A stretch of DNA of 64,000 bases from a virus: IMG/VR virus record IMGVR_UViG_3300031087_000001; one strand, 5' to 3'. The stretch's first letter is position 1, and each line of letters opens with the position of its first letter. Shown here piece by piece: positions 45,252 to 52,225 of the stretch. Made by a program: the position numbers and the translations under genes. Below the pieces are notes generated by a model that was given only the letters and a program-made list of their open reading frames with translations, had not been told where the DNA came from and ran no database searches.

Positions 45252-46561
45252 TGTCGTTTGGTCGGTTACAGAAAATCGCGAACACGCACATCTCACAAGC
45301 CGCGGGCTTACCGGCCATCGATTACGGGGCATTCATCACGGTACGCGGTGCACCGTTGACGGTACTGAAAATCATCTCGTTGATTCATGCCAGCAACTTT
45401 GTAAACGATATGGCGACCTTGACCCACCTAACCGTGGCGATTCCGTTTAGTCAGATGCGTTTAACCACCTCCGCTGCTGAGGGTGATATCAAGATTAAAC
45501 TGATTCTGCGTAACGGGCAACGGATTGCCGGACGTTTCAGTTATCGGGGTATCGCCGTCAACAACCGCGATCACGATATGGAATCCCCTACCATGTTCTT
45601 AGGGGAGTCCAACGACAAGTCACTGGCGCTGGTGACGTTTGAGCTGATGGACGAGGCGATGTGGTTCCTGCGGGTGCGTCAAGTAGGTGGAATATACCAC
45701 AACACCGACGGCTTAACAGTGGCCCGCTCGATACTCTCGGACACGCTGCCTAACGGCGTGTCCTCCGAGGGACAGCTCCAGGCACTGATGTACGAAGAGG
45801 ACGAACAGCAGGGGTATCGGGATATCCTGATACCGGACTCGCAAGACTTCCTCTCTGTCTTCGACTTCTTGCAAAAGCATTATGGCATTTACTCGAAAGG
45901 GTTGGGTGTCTTTTTGTATATGCAACGCTGGTATTTGTTCCAGCCATGGGATTCGAAGAAGTACAGCGGGGCGAAGAAGAAGCTGGTCATCATTAACCTG
46001 CCGCGGGAGATGGCAGCTCAGCTTGACCGTACCTGTCAGGTATCGGGTGACACGGTCTATCTGATTTGTGGCGGGGATGTTGTGGCGATGGAGTCGAAAG
46101 ACGAAGATGCGATGAACAAAGGTACCGGTTACCGGGTAGGTTCAATCCGTGCGCTGGATGGCCGTGCGACGTCGTTCTCACCGGGCGAGATATCAACCAC
46201 CACGTCAGCAGACTTTGTCTCGCAGGCTGACCCGAACGCGTATCCGGGCGGGGTGGTGAATGCGCCGATTGATCCGAAGCAACATTTTGCGGACACAGAC
46301 AAACCACAACGCTCAACTTTAGCGGCACGTAACGGGACGATTACCAAAACCACCTGGAACCGTTCAACCCACGGTATCCTCACGCCGGGGATGGCGGTGA
46401 AATATATGTATGCAAACGACTATGGCGTCTATTCACGTTACGGTACGTTGTGTGCAGAAGTCTTCCAGTCCGCTCAGGACGGTCAAACCATGGCGTCAGG
46501 TCGGTACAATACGCAGAGCCAGTTGACACTTTGGCTCACCGAAGAAAAATTTACAGACTAA
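45251..46561 (+). CDS. Hypothetical protein (436 aa)
   Basis: GGAGGA Shine-Dalgarno. TAATG overlap with the upstream ORF. Confidence 0.8.
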   Translation: MSFGRLQKIANTHISQAAGLPAIDYGAFITVRGAPLTVLKIISLIHASNFVNDMATLTHLTVAIPFSQMRLTTSAAEGDIKIKLILRNGQRIAGRFSYRGIAVNNRDHDMESPTMFLGESNDKSLALVTFELMDEAMWFLRVRQVGGIYHNTDGLTVARSILSDTLPNGVSSEGQLQALMYEEDEQQGYRDILIPDSQDFLSVFDFLQKHYGIYSKGLGVFLYMQRWYLFQPWDSKKYSGAKKKLVIINLPREMAAQLDRTCQVSGDTVYLICGGDVVAMESKDEDAMNKGTGYRVGSIRALDGRATSFSPGEISTTTSADFVSQADPNAYPGGVVNAPIDPKQHFADTDKPQRSTLAARNGTITKTTWNRSTHGILTPGMAVKYMYANDYGVYSRYGTLCAEVFQSAQDGQTMASGRYNTQSQLTLWLTEEKFTD

Positions 46562-46605
46562 CGTAGTGTTATGTCGAAACACACCAAAACCTTAAGGATC
46601 TTTCA

Positions 46606-47406
46606 ATGAAAGCGATTCACACGTTTCGCATGTCAGGACAAACGCTTCTGAGCATCGACGAATACGAGAAAAAACACTTCTCTAAACCGGCGAAGTTATT
46701 CGAACGTTGCGTGCAGCTGATGCCACATGGGCAACAGCAGCAACTGGACTTTATCATGGCTTCGTCCATGGACAAGACCGTTGCCGTCATCTTTACCGTT
46801 GACGGTGTTCAAGGCAAACGTGATCTCGCTATCACTGACCCCGGTAGCCTCGGTGACTTGCTGTTCCGTCACGCTCTGACCACCGCGGTGATTACCGGTG
46901 CCCTGGAAGCACAGTACGGTTTTGCCTACTGCTACTTCTACGCCCAGAAAATCTCCAACACCATCGTGCCGGGCGACGTGGATACTTATCCGCAGTATAT
47001 CGAGCAGCTGACACCGGCTGAGTTCGGTGAGAACGAAGACTACGAGTTCAACGTCTTCCGTTTCACCATGGTCGGCGAATCGCGTGTCAAAGAGTTCACC
47101 ACGGCGTTCCGTGCGGTTGTCCGTTATGCGGTACTGCCGTCGGATGAAGGTATTTCCAGCAACTTCAATGAAGTGTTCCCGGTATTGCAGCTGGGGCCGT
47201 ATATCACCTTCAACGGCTACGTGCCGTTCCCAGCACAGATTGTCGGGCCGCTGAACGACAACTCGATTCTGCCGATTGCCGAAGACCGCGACCTGTACAA
47301 CTCGAAAGCGGTGATGTTGGTCAGTGAAGATCGCTTCAACATCTCCATCCAGGCGGGTATCAATGACCACGCAATTGCGGTCACTGAGAAGATGGCGCTG
47401 CGTTAA
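46606..47406 (+). CDS. Hypothetical protein (266 aa)
   Basis: AAGGA Shine-Dalgarno and biased codons. A terminator follows. The antisense ORF 46696-47370 is judged a shadow. Confidence 0.85.
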   Translation: MKAIHTFRMSGQTLLSIDEYEKKHFSKPAKLFERCVQLMPHGQQQQLDFIMASSMDKTVAVIFTVDGVQGKRDLAITDPGSLGDLLFRHALTTAVITGALEAQYGFAYCYFYAQKISNTIVPGDVDTYPQYIEQLTPAEFGENEDYEFNVFRFTMVGESRVKEFTTAFRAVVRYAVLPSDEGISSNFNEVFPVLQLGPYITFNGYVPFPAQIVGPLNDNSILPIAEDRDLYNSKAVMLVSEDRFNISIQAGINDHAIAVTEKMALR

Positions 47407-47410
47407 CCGT

Positions 47411-47450
47411 TACCCGACCTCCTTGTGGGGTCGGGTATCCTTTATTTGTT
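47411..47450 (+). terminator. Rho-independent terminator
   Basis: TACCCGACC...GGTCGGGTA stem followed by a T-rich run. Confidence 0.85.
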
Positions 47451-47581
47451 TGCTAAAAGCCACACAGAGGCCATAACGCTATCTCAGGCAACGTATGTAC
47501 CATAATCGCTTAGAACGCGTTACAGCGCGTTTGAGAGCGTTTTTAGGGGGATAAAAATAAAGTTTGACTCCAATCATTTTC

Positions 47582-47595
47582 AGATATATATTACC
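47582..47595 (+). promoter_or_regulatory. Promoter-like element copy 5 (AGATATATATTACC), overlapping a sigma70-like TTGACT-N17-TATATT
   Basis: 57 nt upstream of ATG 47653. TTGACT at 47564-47569, a 17-nt spacer, TATATT at 47587-47592, and A/T-rich sequence upstream. Confidence 0.6.
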
Positions 47596-47625
47596 TGCAT
47601 GAGAGAAAACAATTATCTCTCTAAT

Positions 47626-47637
47626 TCGACCATTACC
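47626..47637 (+). promoter_or_regulatory. Class-2 leader element TCGACCATTACC
   Basis: 30 nt downstream of promoter-like copy 5 and 15 nt before ATG 47653. Confidence 0.45.
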
Positions 47638-47652
47638 TAAAGGAGTTTTAAA

Positions 47653-47898
47653 ATGACTAAGATTGAATTCATGAAAGACATGACCAAATGTTTCGGTATC
47701 GCTGTTCTGACCTTGGCAGCATTCATCATCGGTTTCATGTCTCCGTTCGCAGTTATCGATGCTGTGACGTACCTGACCGGTAACATGGTTATCGGTGCAC
47801 TCACTGGCGGTGCTTGGGGTGCAACCCTGCTGTGTGGTAGCCTGCTCGGCTGGCCTAACAAACTGGCTAATTACCTGAAAGCCAAATTCAAGAAGTAA
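47653..47898 (+). CDS. Small membrane protein (81 aa, 2-3 predicted TM segments, basic C-terminus)
   Basis: AAAGGAG Shine-Dalgarno. Hydrophobic runs are CFGIAVLTLAAFIIGFM, MVIGALTGGAWGATLLCGSLLGW; the tail is KLANYLKAKFKK. It forms a monocistronic unit between promoter-like copy 5 and the terminator at 47908-47932. Confidence 0.8.
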   Translation: MTKIEFMKDMTKCFGIAVLTLAAFIIGFMSPFAVIDAVTYLTGNMVIGALTGGAWGATLLCGSLLGWPNKLANYLKAKFKK

Positions 47899-47907
47899 CA
47901 ACAAAGC

Positions 47908-47932
47908 AGGCCACCACACGGTGGCCTTTTTT
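47908..47932 (+). terminator. Rho-independent terminator
   Basis: AGGCCACC-ACAC-GGTGGCCT followed by T6. Confidence 0.9.
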
Positions 47933-47948
47933 ACGTCCGGCAATTAAC

Positions 47949-47960
47949 TCGACCATTATC
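47949..47960 (+). promoter_or_regulatory. Class-2 leader element TCGACCATTATC
   Basis: Lies between the terminator at 47908-47932 and the Shine-Dalgarno of the 47-aa ORF, 18 nt before ATG 47979. Confidence 0.45.
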
Positions 47961-47978
47961 TATTAAAGGAATACGACC

Positions 47979-48122
47979 ATGATTTCTCGCAAACATAAAC
48001 TCGCTATTTATTCTATCGCCGTGGCTGTTCTGGTAACAGTTGGCATGATGACTGTAAACAACGACTACAACACCTGCCGTGCCAACGGTAACTCAGTTGC
48101 AATGTGCACAGGACGTGGCTAA
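47979..48122 (+). CDS. Small membrane-anchored peptide (47 aa)
   Basis: Not in the ORF track (under 60 aa). I translated it by hand as MISRKHKLAIYSIAVAVLVTVGMMTVNNDYNTCRANGNSVAMCTGRG. AAAGGAATACGACC Shine-Dalgarno, with a class-2 motif upstream. Confidence 0.6.
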   Translation: MISRKHKLAIYSIAVAVLVTVGMMTVNNDYNTCRANGNSVAMCTGRG

Positions 48123-48123
48123 G

Positions 48124-48312
48124 ATGACTTTCTCTGATAGCGCGTTCGCCGAATTCCTGTCCAACCCACGCACCAAACGCGAGTGGGACAATCTTTCCAA
48201 CGGAGTGAAACACCGTCGCAATGACGACGATGAAATCACCCACGTTACTGCACAAGTGGTGCTCGTCGATTCGACTGGCACCGCCTTCCCATTTTCACAA
48301 GAGGTTTACTAA
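48124..48312 (+). CDS. Hypothetical small protein (62 aa)
   Basis: ATG lies 1 nt after the upstream stop (TAAGATG coupling). The track ORF 48079 is trimmed. Confidence 0.6.
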   Translation: MTFSDSAFAEFLSNPRTKREWDNLSNGVKHRRNDDDEITHVTAQVVLVDSTGTAFPFSQEVY

Positions 48313-48313
48313 G

Positions 48314-48487
48314 ATGGCTGTAATCGTAAAGGGCAATGGTGAAGTCCGCATTCTGGAAAAGAACGAAACACTGACAACGGATGCCAAGACGCAGCAAAAG
48401 GTCTTGGTTGTTAATCCGCGTGTTGTTCCTCTTCCTGATTGGAAAAACGAGCTGGCCGAATTCCGTAAACAGCTGGAGAAGAAATAA
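48314..48487 (+). CDS. Hypothetical small protein (57 aa)
   Basis: ATG lies 1 nt after the upstream stop, with AGAGG upstream. The track ORF 48221 is trimmed. Confidence 0.6.
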   Translation: MAVIVKGNGEVRILEKNETLTTDAKTQQKVLVVNPRVVPLPDWKNELAEFRKQLEKK

Positions 48488-49050
48488 TGGATATGAAAAA
48501 AGAATACCAGTTCAGTGAGGACAAACCTGACACCACCACCAAGCACTACTTTGGTAAGGATGAGCTTGAAGGCGTTAAGCTTCACGAAAAGCTGGATGTT
48601 TCGAAAGTGCCAGAAAGCGATTATGCTACCCGCAAGGCGCAGCTGGCACAATCCGAGCTGGACAAGTTCGATGTATCTCGTGGCTTCCCGGAGAGCCTCA
48701 AACCGTGGAACCTTCCACCGGAGAATGTGGGTAAGGGCGTGGTGTTGAACCACATTAACCATGAAGACCTTCCTGTTGACGCTAACGGTAAGGTTGCCGA
48801 CATCGCGCCACCCCGCGGCTTCTACCGTGACAAGGACGGGAACTTCCGCGACCTTCGTGAGCTACATATGCGTGAACTGGTATTAGGTGGTGATTTTGTA
48901 GATGGCGAATCGGTCAAAGTCATCAAAGGTCCAGGCGGTGATTACGACGGTATCTCCATACCGTTGCGTAAACCTTCCCGTGCTGAGAAGTCTGTCAGCA
49001 AATATCGCAATGTGATGAACGGTCTTATCGCCCGTGCATCCAAGAAGTAA
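48487..49050 (+). CDS. Hypothetical protein (187 aa)
   Basis: TAATG overlap with the upstream ORF. A terminator follows. Confidence 0.8.
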   Translation: MDMKKEYQFSEDKPDTTTKHYFGKDELEGVKLHEKLDVSKVPESDYATRKAQLAQSELDKFDVSRGFPESLKPWNLPPENVGKGVVLNHINHEDLPVDANGKVADIAPPRGFYRDKDGNFRDLRELHMRELVLGGDFVDGESVKVIKGPGGDYDGISIPLRKPSRAEKSVSKYRNVMNGLIARASKK

Positions 49051-49057
49051 AACCAAT

Positions 49058-49083
49058 GCCACCTTCGGGTGGCTTTATTTTTT
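49058..49083 (+). terminator. Rho-independent terminator
   Basis: GCCACC-UUCG-GGTGGC followed by TTTATTTTTT. Confidence 0.85.
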
Positions 49084-49102
49084 CCCTTAAGGAACAATTT
49101 TC

Positions 49103-49987
49103 ATGTTAACTATCGACCAATTCCTACCGAAATCTGCAGGTGCTGCACCGACGTCTGAAAACGCATCTATCGTACACAAGCACGAAGCAGGCTATCGCCT
49201 GACCCGCCATCAGACGGGTAGCTCCGATGTGTTCTTTGTGGTCTGGGATGGCAATACGATCATCGCGCAAGGTTCCTACGACTCGGTTCAAGGGCAACAG
49301 CGCCTGGCGGACGAAGACAAAATTCAGACGGTCTACCGTGTGCTGGCCCGTGGCGCGATGTGGTTACTGGTATTGACCCGTGACCCGATTGCCCGTATGA
49401 CGGCCTTAAACCACTACAACGACTTCGTAGAGGCGATTACCCAACTGGAAGGCTACCAGGACGAGCGTGTAACGCGCGCTATGAGCAGCTGGAAAGAAGA
49501 AGGTGAGCTGGCCCACTTCGATGGTAACGCCGTGCTGGCACGCGCAGAGGCGCTGTATTTGGCCTTCCCAACATGGAATTACGAAATCATCAGTAAAGAA
49601 GTCAATGGCGTGAAGATGGAAGCCATGGTGCAATATGGTGTGCCGGGTATCCGTTTATTGTACACCCACAAAGTGGTGGATGAGAAATCCAAAGCCGGTC
49701 AGGAACTGAAACGTTGGTACACGTTACCGCTCGATGGCGATTGGTATACTGCTGCCAACAACCACCTGTCCATGATGGCAATGATTGCCGAAGGTAACCG
49801 CAACGAAATGGCTGCAGCCAGCTCACCCCAACCACAACCGGTACCGCGACCTACCCGACCACAGTATCCATTCGAGTGTGGTCAATGTGGGGCTAAGTAT
49901 AACGTCGATGTGATTCATCGACATCAGCCGACCATTGATGTGCGTTGCCGTGAGTGTGGCTCAGAAAACCGTAACCTGCCACGCTAA
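49103..49987 (+). CDS. Hypothetical protein (294 aa) with C-terminal zinc-ribbon-like CxxC...CxxC
   Basis: AAGGAACA Shine-Dalgarno. The C-terminus reads CGQCGAKYNVDVIHRHQPTIDVRCRECG. A terminator follows. Confidence 0.8.
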   Translation: MLTIDQFLPKSAGAAPTSENASIVHKHEAGYRLTRHQTGSSDVFFVVWDGNTIIAQGSYDSVQGQQRLADEDKIQTVYRVLARGAMWLLVLTRDPIARMTALNHYNDFVEAITQLEGYQDERVTRAMSSWKEEGELAHFDGNAVLARAEALYLAFPTWNYEIISKEVNGVKMEAMVQYGVPGIRLLYTHKVVDEKSKAGQELKRWYTLPLDGDWYTAANNHLSMMAMIAEGNRNEMAAASSPQPQPVPRPTRPQYPFECGQCGAKYNVDVIHRHQPTIDVRCRECGSENRNLPR

Positions 49988-50005
49988 GCAAACAAAATAA
50001 AGTAG

Positions 50006-50039
50006 CCCTACTCCTTCGGGAGTAGGGTGTTCTTTTTTT
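50006..50039. terminator. Bidirectional rho-independent terminator
   Basis: CCCTACTCC-UUCG-GGAGTAGGG, with a T-run downstream and AAAATAAA upstream. Confidence 0.9.
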
Positions 50040-50082
50040 GTCCTTATTTTTTTTTGTCTTCGAGGACGCATAAACTGCCGTA

Positions 50083-50100
50083 GGGAGGCCGAAGCCTCCC
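50083..50100 (-). terminator. Stem-loop 3' of minus-strand gene 50109-51674
   Basis: On the minus strand it reads GGGAGGC-UUCG-GCCUCCC. No immediate U-tract follows; the next T-run on that strand is about 25 nt away. Confidence 0.5.
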
Positions 50101-50108
50101 GGTCGCTG

Positions 50109-51674
50109 TTACGCGAACAATTCATCACCCATTCCACCGGTGAAGAAGTTGATAGACGACGCTGTTACGGTTTCTTCTTTATCGCAATCCCAAGGTAAAA
50201 TACTGACATCGCCAAACGGCAATACGGTATAGTGGTGTGCTTCTTTGGTATCAATAATCGTACGATGTTTACCGCGCTGTACTTCTAAGAAGCTGTGACC
50301 ATTTACCACACGCTTGTTGAAGTACATTTCACCATCGGCTTCGTTATCCAGACTTGAGCAGTCAGAATACAAGCCACGACCAGGCAGGCTCTTACAGAAG
50401 CCAACGGGGTCTAATGCTTTCAGACGTTTCCCCTCTGGGGAAATCTGGTGCGGGGCAATCATGAACCCGCGGTTACGCACGACCTGGTAGTTACGGGCCA
50501 TACGGTAAATCTCTTTGATATCGCTGCCGACGACGCCGTTCCCGTGACCACCTTTGCTGATGGTGCCCAGGTAGTCTGCACGAATACCCACGACATGATA
50601 ACCACGACGTTTCAGGTCGAGAATCAAATCGTTGATGTAGTGCACTTTGAAGTCGGAGTTGGTGTGTTTCTGGAACACGTAATCCCAACCATTCGACTGA
50701 ATCTTACCGCACAGGTAATCCGACATTGCTGTGGTATGAGCCACCTTTTGTTCTGGTGTCGCATCGTGCGGTAACACCATACGCGGTGCTTCACCTTCGA
50801 AGTGCCCGTAGATTTGTTGATAACCGTAAGCCAGGTTCACGTCCAGTTCGTTTTCCAGACTGAGGTCAAGGATAATCGGCTGCAGAGTTCCCTTCACATC
50901 AGCCATAACTTTCTCTGGCGTGTTGAAGATAGGAATGGATAGCGTCAGCAGCAAACTGAACAGTGACTTACAGTTGAAAGGCAGAGCAGGCATCAGCCAC
51001 ATCTCTTCCGTTATACCCTTATTACAGCCCAGCATTTGGTTGATGGATTTCCATCCGGTCTGTAGACCATTACCCGCTGCTTTCTTGTTAATCGAGTCAA
51101 AGACTTTGATAAACGGTGCACGGTTATCCGTCACCAGTTCACCAACCAGTGATGGAATCTTATTATGAGAGCGTTCGCTGAACGTGGATAGCGTATCTTT
51201 GAGCTCGGTCAAGGCCGTCTGCAAATCCACACGCTGTTCGGTTCCGTTAATCGCCCCGATAGCACGTCCTAATCGCTGCTTAAGCTGCACGCCTTGAATG
51301 CACTGGCGGAGCTGAAAGTAATATTGTGATACCTGGCGGTTAAGATGCTCGATACGTTTCTCTGGGTCTTCTGGGATATCGTCTTCCAGGAACTTGGTAA
51401 TCGTATCGTATAGAGGACGTACTTGTGTGGTGGCCAACTTCAAACGCTTCATGACGTTTGCGTGGTCGTATGTCATGCCGCCGTCTATGATGGATGTGAT
51501 GATGTCCTTGATTTCGACGAGCGCGGACCTTTCGTCCCCTTCCTCGGCGTACTCAGGAAGCTTAGCCTCAAGCAAAACTTTTCTTATGACATCATGGTCC
51601 CTATCTGGGTCTGTCAAAAGACTTTCTGCGTAAAGAGCGGCTAAGGCTGTTATCAACATCATTTTATTGTTCAT
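50109..51674 (-). CDS. DnaB/RecA-fold ATPase-like protein (521 aa) with degenerate P-loop
   Basis: VVGIRADYLGTI...DIKEIYRMARNYQVVRNRGFMIAPHQISPEGKR is colinear with DnaB xIDYLQLM...EISRxLKxLAKELxVPVIALSQLNR. The P-loop position reads ALPFNCKS. AAGGA Shine-Dalgarno on the minus strand. Confidence 0.4.
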   Translation of the reverse strand: MNNKMMLITALAALYAESLLTDPDRDHDVIRKVLLEAKLPEYAEEGDERSALVEIKDIITSIIDGGMTYDHANVMKRLKLATTQVRPLYDTITKFLEDDIPEDPEKRIEHLNRQVSQYYFQLRQCIQGVQLKQRLGRAIGAINGTEQRVDLQTALTELKDTLSTFSERSHNKIPSLVGELVTDNRAPFIKVFDSINKKAAGNGLQTGWKSINQMLGCNKGITEEMWLMPALPFNCKSLFSLLLTLSIPIFNTPEKVMADVKGTLQPIILDLSLENELDVNLAYGYQQIYGHFEGEAPRMVLPHDATPEQKVAHTTAMSDYLCGKIQSNGWDYVFQKHTNSDFKVHYINDLILDLKRRGYHVVGIRADYLGTISKGGHGNGVVGSDIKEIYRMARNYQVVRNRGFMIAPHQISPEGKRLKALDPVGFCKSLPGRGLYSDCSSLDNEADGEMYFNKRVVNGHSFLEVQRGKHRTIIDTKEAHHYTVLPFGDVSILPWDCDKEETVTASSINFFTGGMGDELFA

Positions 51675-51688
51675 GGAGCATCCTTAAA

Positions 51689-52213
51689 ATGCAGATTCGT
51701 TTTAGTCCACCGTGGGAAGTTCAACCTAACATAGATAAAGGGGCTGCCGTTAAAAGTTTGGAATTGCTCCAGGCAAGCTTCTTTAACTGGTTATATGACA
51801 CCCAAAAAGGTTTCAGTTCCATTATTTTGCCGGAAGTCGGTCCGATTCCCATCTACAAAGCGTTGATGGCTCCACCGCTGCTTCCAGCTAAATACTATGA
51901 CCAGGTTTTGAATCTGGTTGAAAGTGGTACCGATGTTTCTCTTGCTGATTTATATGGGGAAGCATTCTCTGGTCGTCTACGTTGGGTATTCACACAGCGT
52001 GGCGGCGTCATTGTGGCGTCATTTGCAGAAGCGAAGTCCGGACCGGGTTTCTCTTTGGGTGAAGACCACGCTGCGAAAAAGATGTTCTGCGCAGAACTTT
52101 TTAAATATGTGCGTACCAAGACTCGCGTCGTGGATGATACGTACAGCACTTCTACGCAGTTCGCAACTCATGAAGTGCTGACGCAACTTTACGCATGTCA
52201 TTTATCTCACTAA
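51689..52213 (+). CDS. Hypothetical protein (174 aa)
   Basis: ATG lies 14 nt from the divergent start codon, with GGAG 10 nt upstream. It sits immediately upstream of the capsid-sized gene. Confidence 0.7.
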   Translation: MQIRFSPPWEVQPNIDKGAAVKSLELLQASFFNWLYDTQKGFSSIILPEVGPIPIYKALMAPPLLPAKYYDQVLNLVESGTDVSLADLYGEAFSGRLRWVFTQRGGVIVASFAEAKSGPGFSLGEDHAAKKMFCAELFKYVRTKTRVVDDTYSTSTQFATHEVLTQLYACHLSH

Positions 52214-52225
52214 GGTAAGAATGAA

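Noticed and set aside
47479-47943. 154-aa minus-strand ORF
   Set aside because: It crosses the terminator at 47908-47932, the real 81-aa gene and the promoter-like element. Its translation has no plausible features.
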